A stretch of DNA of 64,000 nucleotides from positions 4,606,789 through 4,670,788 of the forward strand of contig NC_068984.1 of the NCBI RefSeq assembly GCF_001194135.2, read 5' to 3'. Under the pieces are notes generated by a model that did not search any database, had not been told where the DNA came from, and saw only the letters and a list, made by a program, of their open reading frames with translations. Below, piece after piece: positions 37,586 through 49,200 of this stretch. Both the position numbers and the translations under genes were made by a program. The stretch is from Octopus bimaculoides. Taxonomy: Eukaryota. The number at the start of each line of letters is the position of its first letter. Positions within the stretch are counted from its first letter, which is position 1.

Positions 37586-38013
37586 TGTAGTAAAGATTGT
37601 TTGCCAACATAACATGGCAGTCCTTGTTTAGGACAGATGTTGCTGTAATTTAGCCCCAGGAGACATCGTCTCCAGCTGGCTATACAATACAATCTGTGTC
37701 CTTGTATTTTCGAACAAGGGAATCTAACACCCCCGCTCAGCTCCAAACAATATCTGTGTATCATGATTTCCAGGTTATTTCCCTTCATCAGCACAGAATA
37801 ATTGTTCGGCTAAAGGTGGTGCTGTCAAATTCCTGTTCGAAATATATAGTTTTCAAAATGACAACTAGTCACTGATCTATAAATTAGGGGCTAATTTACA
37901 GCAACATTTGTCCTAAACCAGGACTGCCATGTTATGTTGGCAAACAATCTTTACTACAAAGTACTGTTGCTGAATATCTCTCGTGAGATTTAAAAATAGT
38001 AATTTTCTGCTAC
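37586..38013 (-). mobile_element. HHR-bearing ~354-bp element (Penelope-like pLTR or retrozyme), near-full unit plus an inverted 3' segment
   Basis: 37586-37886 is highly similar to 10612-10965. 37887-38013 is an inverted copy of the unit's 3' part and runs into an N gap. Confidence 0.65.
37753..37797 (-). ncRNA. Minimal type I hammerhead ribozyme motif within a ~354-bp repeat unit
   Basis: - strand reads UCUGUG-CUGAUGA-A-GGG-AAAUAA-CCU-G-GAAA-UCAUGA-U-A-CACAGA. Helix I is 6 bp and perfect, the core is intact, helix II is GGG/CCU, helix III is the palindrome AUCAUGAU, and the cleavage triplet is AUA. Confidence 0.75.
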
Positions 38014-38818
38014 NNNNNNNNNNNNNNNNNNNNNNNNNNNNNNNNNNNNNNNNNNNNNNNNNNNNNNNNNNNNNNNNNNNNNNNNNNNNNNNNNNNNNNN
38101 NNNNNNNNNNNNNNNNNNNNNNNNNNNNNNNNNNNNNNNNNNNNNNNNNNNNNNNNNNNNNNNNNNNNNNNNNNNNNNNNNNNNNNNNNNNNNNNNNNNN
38201 NNNNNNNNNNNNNNNNNNNNNNNNNNNNNNNNNNNNNNNNNNNNNNNNNNNNNNNNNNNNNNNNNNNNNNNNNNNNNNNNNNNNNNNNNNNNNNNNNNNN
38301 NNNNNNNNNNNNNNNNNNNNNNNNNNNNNNNNNNNNNNNNNNNNNNNNNNNNNNNNNNNNNNNNNNNNNNNNNNNNNNNNNNNNNNNNNNNNNNNNNNNN
38401 NNNNNNNNNNNNNNNNNNNNNNNNNNNNNNNNNNNNNNNNNNNNNNNNNNNNNNNNNNNNNNNNNNNNNNNNNNNNNNNNNNNNNNNNNNNNNNNNNNNN
38501 NNNNNNNNNNNNNNNNNNNNNNNNNNNNNNNNNNNNNNNNNNNNNNNNNNNNNNNNNNNNNNNNNNNNNNNNNNNNNNNNNNNNNNNNNNNNNNNNNNNN
38601 NNNNNNNNNNNNNNNNNNNNNNNNNNNNNNNNNNNNNNNNNNNNNNNNNNNNNNNNNNNNNNNNNNNNNNNNNNNNNNNNNNNNNNNNNNNNNNNNNNNN
38701 NNNNNNNNNNNNNNNNNNNNNNNNNNNNNNNNNNNNNNNNNNNNNNNNNNNNNNNNNNNNNNNNNNNNNNNNNNNNNNNNNNNNNNNNNNNNNNNNNNNN
38801 NNNNNNNNNNNNNNNNNN
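38014..38818. other. Assembly gap (others at 4203-4257, 16979-17048, 40415-40898, 41559-41568, 42111-42120, 47401-47461, 58205-58825)
   Basis: Runs of N; most abut microsatellites, homopolymers or repeat copies. Confidence 0.99.
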
Positions 38819-38889
38819 AAATGGAAGAATGTTCCTGGAAACAATGATTGATCTGAAAGACCTGCCACGAGTGTCACACCTGGAAATGT

Positions 38890-39157
38890 GGTATTGTGCA
38901 TCAAGAATTTGCCCCCCCACCCCCACCCAACTGGGTTAGACTGTTGAGAGTTCTACTACGATGTTTTGAAAAGCATTTGAAGGAGGACGTTCAGCAGAAG
39001 TGACTGGATCTGTGCAGCTCAATGAATTAGATTCTGTCACTGAGTTCTCCTCACTTGAGAGCTTCTCATCAAAAGCAACATGGTGTTGTTCCTTCACCTG
39101 TCCTGTTTTCCAGATTTGGCACCTGTAGACTTCCATTTCTTCCTGAAGATGAAAATG
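38890..39157 (+). mobile_element. mariner (DD34D-type) transposase relic
   Basis: Frameshifted peptides GIVHQEFAP, EFYYDVL and FLHLSCFPDLAPVDFHFFLKMK (compare HPPYSPDLAPxDF). Confidence 0.75.
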
Positions 39158-40358
39158 GGTTGGATGGCTTGACAGGAATTGGTAAGGCTGGGGAATGCAC
39201 CCAGCCCCACTATCTCCTTTGGCATAGTTTTTATGGCTGGATGTCTTTCCTAACGCTTACCGCTTTTTATGTGTTTGAGAGAGAGAGAGAGAGGTGGTGG
39301 TGATGTGCCAGGGCATACCCTCAAGGAACAAGGAGGTGAATGCGAATGGAGGATTGGACAGGGTAAGTGAGCCGGAAGTTAATGAAAGGGGCAAAGGGGA
39401 GAGCAGAAGGAAAAAGAAAAGCAGTGAGTGGTGAAAGGTGGGTATATAAAGGAACAACAGGATAGCAATGATACAGTTTGGCAGATGGAGGACAGGAAAG
39501 AAGGAGAGAGAGAGAGAGAAAGAGAGAGAGATGACAAAGCAGTTTTGGGCTGCAGGAGTGGGGGAGGCGAGACTGTTCATGAAGAGATGTAGCTTGCTTC
39601 ATTCAGATGAGATGTGCAAATTAATGTTTCATGTGGGTGGAAAATATATCATGATCATCATCACCATCAACATTTAACGTCTGTTTTCCATGCTGGTATG
39701 GGTTGGACAGTTTGACAAGAGCTAGCAAGGTCAGGGGCCACATAGGTTCCATTGTCTGTTTTGGGTTGGTTTCTACATCTGGATGCCCTTCCTAACACCA
39801 ACCACTTTACAGAGGGCACTGGGTGCTTTTTATGTGGCACCAGTGCCGACAGGGTCACCAAGTACCTTGTAATACTACTGTCCCTGCTTAACTGTAGGGG
39901 CCGGGGAGTAGTATTGAGTGGGGTGTGTCTTTGTACCATTTGAGAGATTTAAAGTATAAAAAAAAAGATAAGGAGTGTGAATTAGAGAGACAGACAATGA
40001 GAGGGGGATGACGGTGAAGATGTGTCAGGACATACCCTGGGGAGACGTTAGGGGTGGTGAGAATGGGTAAGGTGATACAGTGTGTGATTTTTATTCAAAG
40101 CTGCATCTTCAAACATTGCTACTTCAAGTTTCACATGGTTGTTGTCATCAGGTGTAAACATGTTTTGCTTTCATTCTTTTACTTGTTTCAGTCATTTGAC
40201 TGTGGCCATGCTGGAGCACTGCCTTTAGTTGAACGAATCGATCCCAGGACTTATTTGTTGTAAGCCTAGTACTTATTCTATCAGTCTCTTTTGCCGAACC
40301 ACTAAGTTACGGGGACGTAAACACACCAACATTGGTTGGCAAACAATGGTAGGAGGAT

Positions 40359-40405
<47 letters not shown>

Positions 40406-42029
40406 TTTATATATNNNNNNNNNNNNNNNNNNNNNNNNNNNNNNNNNNNNNNNNNNNNNNNNNNNNNNNNNNNNNNNNNNNNNNNNNNNNNNNNNNNNNN
40501 NNNNNNNNNNNNNNNNNNNNNNNNNNNNNNNNNNNNNNNNNNNNNNNNNNNNNNNNNNNNNNNNNNNNNNNNNNNNNNNNNNNNNNNNNNNNNNNNNNNN
40601 NNNNNNNNNNNNNNNNNNNNNNNNNNNNNNNNNNNNNNNNNNNNNNNNNNNNNNNNNNNNNNNNNNNNNNNNNNNNNNNNNNNNNNNNNNNNNNNNNNNN
40701 NNNNNNNNNNNNNNNNNNNNNNNNNNNNNNNNNNNNNNNNNNNNNNNNNNNNNNNNNNNNNNNNNNNNNNNNNNNNNNNNNNNNNNNNNNNNNNNNNNNN
40801 NNNNNNNNNNNNNNNNNNNNNNNNNNNNNNNNNNNNNNNNNNNNNNNNNNNNNNNNNNNNNNNNNNNNNNNNNNNNNNNNNNNNNNNNNNNNNNNNNTTT
40901 GGCAGAGTTTCTACAGCTGGATGCCCTTCCTAACGCCAACCACTCCGAGAGTGTAGTGGGTGCTTTTACGTGTCACCCGCACGAAAACGGCCACGCTCGA
41001 AAGGGTGTCTTTTATGTGCCACCCGCACAAGCCAGTCCAGGGGCACTGGCAACGATCTCACTCGAAAATCCTACGGGAGCCAGTCAGGCGGTACTGGCAA
41101 CGGCCATGCTCAAAATGGTGCATCTCATGTGCCACCCGCACAAGAGCCAGTCCAGGGGCACTGGCAACGATCTTTGGCCAAAATAAACTAAAGAACACTT
41201 ATATGCATGTATATGTGTGTGTGTATTTATAGTATGCTGTTTAGTTTTATTTGTTTTATGCATGAAAGCTAAAGCCATTCTGGAGCTCTGCCTTCATAGT
41301 TCTATATCTTTTGTTGTTGTTTCTGTCCATAACCAATGTTTTGTCAGTGTGGGGCATCTCTGGGTGGAAGATCAATAAATTGGTGGCGGTTGTACTGTTT
41401 TGATCAATTTTACATGTTTCAGTCATTTAACTGTGGCCATGCTGGGGCACTGTCTTGAAGAAATTTTGTTGAATGAATTGACCCCTGTACAATTTTTTTC
41501 TTTTAAGCTTGGTACTTATTTCATCAGTCTTTTTTGTTGAACTGCTAAGTTATGGGGGNNNNNNNNNNGACTGAACCTAGAACCACCATGCAGTTGGGAA
41601 GCAAACTTCTTCCCACACCTCCATGTCTGCACCTATTATACAAAAAGGTCTTTAAAAAAAAAAAACCCGGCAGATTAACTGGTCTGAGAGAAGAGAGTTT
41701 GTGTGTAGGCCTTTTCAATGGTGTGTTTGAAGAGCTGAAGACAGCAAAAGTGTTTGCACAAAAACTCGCTTCCATTGTGCTTGTGTTAACCTGTCCTTGT
41801 TGGTATGGGTTGGATGGTTTCACCAGAGCTGGCACGCTGAGGAACAACACTGGGTTCCAGTCTGATATCATTTGGTTTCTACAGATAGATGTTCTTCCTA
41901 ATGCCAGGCACTTATGGAATGTGCTCAGAGCTGTTATGTGGTACTGCACAGGTGCTTTTTCATGGCACTGCATGGGCACTTTTATGTGGCACCTCACAAG
42001 TGCTTTACATCATGAAAGGGACTCATAGT

Positions 42030-42082
<53 letters not shown>

Positions 42083-44205
42083 ACATGTACATGTGTGTGT
42101 TTTTGTATGTNNNNNNNNNNACACACACACACACACACACACACACGTACATGTACATGTGTGTGTTTTTGTATGTTTGTCCTCCACCTCCACTTGACAA
42201 CCAGTGTTAGTGTGTTTACATCCCTGTAACCTAGCGGTTTGGCAAGAGAGACCGATAGAATAAGTACCAATCTAAAAAAACAAAAAAAAGACAAGGCACA
42301 GGGGTCAATTAATATGACTAAAAGTCCTTTAAGGCGGTGCCCCAGCATGGCCACAGTCTAGCGACTGAAACAAGTAATCGATATAAGAATTGTTCTTTTC
42401 TCTCCCAAAACACTGAGTCCTGTTACACACACACACACACACACGTGTGCAACCAATATCACTCTGTCTGAATGTGTGTACATAGGTATATGTATGGATG
42501 TGTATGTATGTATGTATAATTGTATGTATGTATATATATATATATAGGCGCAGAAGTGGCTGTGTGGTAAGTAGCTTGCTTACCAACCACATGGTTCCAG
42601 GTTCAATCCTACTGCGTGGCAGCTTGGGCAAGTGTATTCTACTGTAGCATTGGGCCAACCAAAGCCTTGTGAGTAGATTTGGTAGACAGAAACTGAAAGA
42701 AGCCCATCATGTATATATATATATATATATATATATTTTTGTGTGCCTGTGTTTGTCCCCCAACATCGCTTGACAACTGATGCTGGTGTGTTTATGTCCC
42801 CGTAACTTAGCGGTTCAGCAAAAGAGAAGAATAGAATAAGTACTAGGCTTACAAAGAATAAGTCCTGGGGTTGATTTGTTTGACTAATGGTGGTGCTCCA
42901 GCATGACCATGGTCAAATCAGTGAAACAAATAACAGAATAAAAGAAAGAATGTGTGTGTGTATAAACGTCTGTGCATATATGGATGATTGTTGGGTGCTG
43001 ATCAATAATCTTAGAAGCTACAATTCTCAATGTCACAAGGCTGAAAAATCAGAACATCAAAAAATTTGAAATAATGGCAACCACATTATTCTCTGCTATA
43101 ATATCAAAAAAAAAAAAAAAAAAAAAAAAATCCAAGCTGAATTTTGAAATATTCTAGACAAAAAATACTAAGGAAAACATCTATTCAAAAGAACATTTAT
43201 TTACATTTTTAAAAGAAAGTTCATTTGAGAAATATGAAGTGTATTGCAGTTCTGTTATTATTGTTCCTTCAATATGAATATATTTATATATCTTATTATA
43301 TATTTATGTATATAAGTGAAGGTGCATGGCTCAGTGGCTAGAACGTCAAGCCTACAATAATGAGGTTGTGAGTTCAATTCCCAGACCGGGCTGTGTGTTG
43401 TGTTCTTGAGCAAGACACTTTATTTCACGTTGCTCCAGTTCCCTCAGCTGTTGAAATGAGTTGCGATGTCACTGGTACCAAGCTGTATCGGCCCCTTTGC
43501 CTTTCCCTTGGATAACATTGGTGGAGAGGGGAGGCTGGTATGCATGGGCAACTACTGGTCTTCCATAAAAACAACCCGAGGTTGTGCATTCACTGGTGAG
43601 GCACCTTTCCACCCAGACTTGTACCCTGGAAAGAAACTTCTTAGGTGCAACCATGGCCATTCGTGACCAATGGAGTCGAAAGATTTCTATATATAGCTTG
43701 TAGGTATAGAAACTGAAATATTTCCCTGTTTCTATACCTACGATATACTCAGAATTTTGATACAAGATTACTGTATTTTCAACTTGTTTCACCATATTTA
43801 TCATTTTAAATTCAATTTTTTTAACTGCATTTATCTTTTACTCATAACCAAAATCTCGCAACAGAAATTACAAACAGTTGAGATTTTATTATAAATAATT
43901 TACATTATTTACATTATTTACATTTGATGGATTTATTCTCCCTCTTTAAATTCTGCATTCAATTCCTTCCAAGGTCGATTTTACTTTTCATCCTTCTGGG
44001 GTTGATAAAAATATAGTACCAGTTAAGCGCTGGGGTCAATGCTATCAAGACTTGTGCCTTAATTCTAGACAGTTATTTCACACATTCAATATCCTTAGTT
44101 TTTGGCTTTGTAGTGTTTGTTCTTTTGGCATTTTGAGATTATGGTCCAAACTCTCTTTGTCCATGTATACATGTCTGTATTTTTATGGGTGCTTTAAAAG
44201 CCCTT

Positions 44206-44607
44206 AGGTGAAGGAGTGGCTGTGGTAAGTGGCTTGCTTACCAACCACATGGTTCAGGGTTCAGTCCCACTGTGTGGCATCTTGGGCAAGTGTCTTCTAC
44301 TATAGCCTCGGGCCGACCAAAGCCTTGTGAGTGGATTTGGTAGACGGAAACTGAAAGAAGCCTGTCGTATATATGTATATATATATATGCATGTGTGTTT
44401 GTGTGTTTGTGTTTGTCGCCCCACCATCGCTTGACAACTGATGCTGGTGTGTTTACGTCCCCGTAACTTAGCGGTTCGGCTAAAAGAGACCGATAGAATA
44501 AGTACTCGGCTTACAAAGAATAAGTCCTGGGGTCGATTTGCTCGACTAAAGGCGGTGCTCCAGCATGGCCACGGTCAAATGACTGAAACAAGTAAAAGAG
44601 TAAAGAG
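44206..44607 (+). mobile_element. tRNA-derived SINE family B (internal TA/TG microsatellite), near-complete copy; >20 copies or fragments in the window
   Basis: Head ggagtggctgtggtaag...ggttcagtccc, body, (TA)n(TG)n, tail gactgaaacaagtaaaagag. Other copies at ~3895-4450(-), 7775-8125(-), 15115-15510(+), 40165-40410(-), 42545-42945(+), 52835-53230(+), 55665-56035(-), 60345-60670(+). Confidence 0.85.
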
Positions 44608-44649
44608 CAAGACCACAATAACCAGCATTTGTTGATGTGGAGTGGGAGG

Positions 44650-44838
44650 GTGCCGGTCTCTGTAGTCTGGTTGTCTTTAAGAAAACTAGGGATAGCGGAA
44701 TGGTTTGTAAGAGCTGAGTGAGCCATGTACAGAGATGCTGTTAGCAAGGTGTGAGCTAGCAATAAGTTCAACAAGGAATTCAGTGTGCAGGGAAGTGTCT
44801 GTCAAGGCTTCATTTTCAGGTCCTTCTTCTTGATATAT
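44650..44838 (+). mobile_element. RTE reverse transcriptase relic
   Basis: VWLSLRKLGIAEWFVRAE*AMYRDAVSKV*ASNKFNKEFSVQGSVCQG (RT region with the QG motif). Confidence 0.75.
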
Positions 44839-44973
44839 CACCAGACAATAACAGACTAGTTTAAGACCAATCATCTGAAGGAGCAATTGTATGCCAATAT
44901 TTTTTTTATCACTGTTTCAAACATTTAGAGAAGACATTCAGGTGAAATCAAGGTTGTGACCACCAGTGCTGGT

Positions 44974-45154
44974 GACACGCGAAAGGCTATTAGTTACAAG
45001 CCTCTCTCTCTGATCTCATATATCAGCAAAGACATGGAACTCATTGTCAGATGGAAGTTGATACATGTTTCTAGAAGAGACTGGCTTGCTCATTGACATG
45101 CAGCACAGTTGCCATCGAGGAAGGAGCAGCTTCATACAGTTTCTACATTATGAC
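44974..45154 (+). mobile_element. CR1-like reverse transcriptase relic
   Basis: SYKPLSLISYISKDMELIV / FLEETGLLIDMQHSCHRGRSSFIQFLHYD (NYRPISLTS...QHGFRxGRS motifs). Confidence 0.75.
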
Positions 45155-45370
45155 TTGGTACTCAATCAACAGCCTTGTGACATTGAGATTTGTAGCTTCT
45201 AAGATTATTGATCAGCACCCAACAATCATCCATATATGTACATACGTTTATACACACACACACACACACACATATATATACATACATACACAGCCACCTA
45301 TGTACACACATTCACACAGAATGATATTGGTAGAACATTGCAATAGAAACTTACATGAACACATGTATGC

Positions 45371-45408
<38 letters not shown>

Positions 45409-45699
45409 CAGGACTCATATAGTGTTTTGGGAGAACAATTCTTTTACTTGTTTCAGGCATTCGTGTTGGTGACCCATAAAAGGCACCTTGTGCACTCTGT
45501 ACAGTGGTCGGTGTTAGGAAGGGCATCCAGCCCTAGAAACCAAACCAAAACAGGCTGGAGCCTGGTGTAGCTTTCCAGCTCACCAGTTCCAGTCAAACTG
45601 TCTAACCCATGCCAGCATGGAAAACGGATGTTAAATGATGATGATGATGATAACTGAAAAGTTTTTCTGTAAATCTTAATAAAAGTTAAAACTTTAGTG

Positions 45700-46020
45700 G
45701 GTGGGAAAGGGATAGAACTCTACTGCCGTCTGGCAAGTGGTCATGTAGTGGGTTAGATTGCCATGTAGTGTACTTAATATTATGAAGTGCACTACATGTT
45801 AAGTATGGGTGTACAAGAGGTGTAAGCACAGGGGATCAGAGGTTGGCTGAGAAAAAAAGAAGGGTTCTGTATGTAGGATATATGCAGATGTAGCTATCTG
45901 TAGAAGCACAGATGAATTAAAATTTCCAAATTCTTGAAGGGCTCCCTAAATGTAGGTGATAAATTTTCTTATCTGGTTGACCTAATCAGCATTGGAAGTA
46001 GGTCATGTTCTTGACCTCCA
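45700..46020 (+). mobile_element. RTE relic with a Cys-rich insertion region
   Basis: PSGKWSCS ... VCRI ... VGDKFSYLVDLISIG resembles the RTE segment PSGKWPCxxC...FVCxxC...VVDxFCYLGDxIS. Confidence 0.55.
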
Positions 46021-48159
46021 TTATCTCAGTGACCTAATTAAAAGTGGTGGAGGTTAAATTAGCTAGAGTAAGAATAAGGTGGAAAAAGTTCAAGGAATTA
46101 TAGTCTCTGTTTGCAACAAAGAAATTCTCTTTCTAAAAGAATGTTAGAATGTGATGCTTGTCTTTAGAATATGGTTTGTGAGTGCAGAAGACATGCAGAG
46201 GTTGATGGCCGATGCCAGTGCCATCTAACTGGTAGCTGTGCTTGTGGCATGTAAAAAGCACAATTCGAGTGTTGGGCTTCATAGAGGCAGTGGCAGGTGA
46301 CCAAGACCCTTGGCAATATACCATGCTTGTGTTGACCTGTCAAGCTAAGTGAGACCATTGTCGTGGCTGATGGCGGTGTCAGGTGAATGGCACCTGTGCC
46401 GGTGGCATGTAAAAAGTACCCACTACACTCTCGGAGTGGTTGGCATTAGGAAGGGCATCCAGCTGTAGAAACTTTGCCAGATCAGATTGGAGCCTGGTGC
46501 AGCCTCCTAGCTTGCCAGTTCTCAGTCAAACTGTCCAACCCATGCCAGCATGGAAAGCAGATGTTAAACGATGATGATGATGATTGATTAAATGTGTAGT
46601 GTTAGTTTGTATGGATGATGAAATGTAAATGAACTGAGAGAAGAAGTGAATATAAGAGTGATCGACTGAAATGTGTATAACTGATAATCGAGTTGTTATG
46701 GCTGGACATGTGATGCTTCTTGAGAAGGACATTTCTCTGAAGAAGCTGAAAGGAAATGACAAAATTCTACAACATATAGGTAGATGCTTTGCTTAAGAAG
46801 AGCCTACCAAATCCGTGCAAGCTTGAAAAATGGTGTTAAAATGATGATGTTGGTCATCATCTCCATCATCATCATTTAAAGTGCATGTCCCACCTTGTCA
46901 TGGGTTGGATGGTTTGACAGGATCTGATGGACCCAGGGACTGTATCATGTCCCAATGTCTGCTTTGGCATGGTTTCTGTGGCTGGTTCTCCTTCCTAACA
47001 CCAACCACTTTTACGAATGTATTGGGTGCTTTGTTTTCATGCCACCAACACTTTTATTGAGGTCGCCATGCTGCTTGCAAGACTATAAACCCTGAAGAGG
47101 ATGGAGTTGGCTTTATGCTAGGGGTTAAAGTATGAGAGAAGGGTGGGGTGGACAGAGCAAGTTCTTGTTGAAGGGCTGCATGGTTGCTCACATTTAGAAG
47201 GGGAGAGAGAGAATGATCAACAGGAGCTGTGAAGAGATATTGGAGATGAGGTGTCCAGGTGGCCCCCTCAGGGCATGTGGTGAGTAGAAGTGAGTGGGTG
47301 GGGGATAACAGAATTGTAAGGGGAACAGGAGATGAGGGGACAAGGAGCAAGCCTGCAACTACTAACCTTTGCCATTCACTATTTCCAACCGTTTTTGGGA
47401 NNNNNNNNNNNNNNNNNNNNNNNNNNNNNNNNNNNNNNNNNNNNNNNNNNNNNNNNNNNNNTTTTTTTTTTTTTTTTTTTTTTTTTTGGTAAGCAGGGTA
47501 CAACAAAGATCAGAAAGTATCTCTTTCGTAGACCTCAGAGTGGGAAAGACAGAGAGGAGAAAACAGGATATGGGAGAGAGAGAGAGAGGAGGGTGTTTAT
47601 GCACAGATTGAAGAAGGGGGAAAGAAAGCAGGGTGAAAGGAGAGAGATGAAAGTCATAAGAGAAAGAGGGAGGGAAGGAGAGATGTGAGAGTGTCATCAT
47701 GGTGCTGCATTGCTTAGTTGCCAAGGAAGTATGTGTCGAGATGCTTTACCATTCTCAGTAGTGGTTGCTCTGCTGCACTTAAATGCATGTGTTTGTTGTT
47801 CGTAACCTGTCTTCTGATACCACCGTTTTATACACATATTCCGATTGCTTAATAATTCATAAACAGATAACAAAATGAATATTAATGTCTTAGCTTCATC
47901 AAGTCCAGTGTTTTGGCTTCACTGCTAAACTGAAAACTTTGTTTGATTGCAAACTGGTAATTAGGAACAAGGAAAGAAACTGCAGGTTTCTTCCTCCACT
48001 GCAGAACATGGCTGGGGCTTTTTTGTTTTTTTTTCATATTCTCTTGCATCTAATCTGAACATTTTTGCATATTTGCATATATTTTAATTGCTTAGTTATA
48101 TTAACTCATGACTAAAAAACAAAATAAATAGTAATTTATGTCCAAACCAGATATACCAT

Positions 48160-48640
48160 ATCATCATCATTGTTGTTTAACATCCCCTTTCCATGCTGGC
48201 ATGGGTTGGATGGTTTGGCTGAGAACTGGCAAGCCAGGAGGCTGCACCAGGCTCCAATCTGATTTCGCAAGGCTTCTACAGCTGGATGCCCTTCCTAACA
48301 TCAACCACTCCGAGAGTGTAGTGGGTGCTTTTACGTGCCACTGGCATAAGGGCCAATCAGGTGGTATTGGCAATGACCATGCTCAAAAGGTGTTTTTTAT
48401 GTGCTACCTGCATGGGTGCCAGTCCAACAGCACTGGCAACGACGACGTTCGAATGTTGTTTTTCACATGCCACCAGCACATGTGCCAGTAAGGCGATACT
48501 GGCAACAATCACGCTCGTATGGTGCTTTTTACATGCTATCAGCGTGGGACCCAATCAGTGGCCCTGGCAACGGTCACACTCGGATGGTGTTTTTAATGTG
48601 GATTTTGATTTCACTTGCCTCAACAGGTCTTTGCAAGCAA
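48160..48640 (-). mobile_element. (GAT)n-tailed retroposon family A with internal tandem hairpin repeats; ~25 copies or fragments in the window
   Basis: Recurrent ggcgttaggaagggcatccagctgtagaaa...ccaacccatgccagcatggaaa..gacgttaaatgatgatg. Examples at 1-66, 5548-5890, 18125-18360, 36878-37110, 40900-41180, 46190-46585, 57075-57385, 63700-64000. Confidence 0.85.
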
Positions 48641-49019
48641 ACTTTATTGTCCAATGAATGAAGGGTATTCATAACTGGGCTTTATGATGTTTGTGATAAT
48701 GTGTTAATATATTCCATAGTTAACATGCATTTCATTCAGCTCGTTCACTGAATGCTTTGTGTGTCTTTAAAAGGTGTGCTGCAGTCGAATGTATTTGCTG
48801 TGGTCTTTCTATTGTCCTGTGGCTTTGTCCTCGATCCTTTAGTCATTTTAATTAGTGGTTTTTGTTTTTATCCTGTGCATTTCTTTATCAAATGCTTTGT
48901 TAGTGAAGCAAAATCTAAATGTTCTTTGTGTTTGGATAGTGTTTGTTTCCATATATGGGTATGCTTTTTTTTTTTATTATTAATCAGCAGAAGTCACAGA
49001 GGGACTTAAAGGCCAATTG

Positions 49020-49200
49020 TAAAATGTATATCATCATCATTATCATCATCGGCATCATCATCATCATCATCATCATCGGCATCATTAGCGTCATTGTCAT
49101 CATCATCATTGTCATCATCGGCATCATCATCATCATCTATGGCATCATCATCATCATCTATGGCATCATCATCATCATCTTTGGCATCATCATCATTGTT
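49020..49200. repeat. Expanded compound (CAT)n trinucleotide tract (family A tail)
   Basis: Directly visible; explains the poly-I, poly-D and poly-S ORFs in the track. Confidence 0.9.

Noticed and set aside
37913-40956. Long ORFs of 176-337 aa here and at 58125-58931
   Set aside because: They consist almost entirely of X from N gaps.
40960-41180. CRISPR-like repeat array
   Set aside because: The units are degenerate with no unique spacers, lie inside a eukaryotic retroposon, and there are no cas genes.
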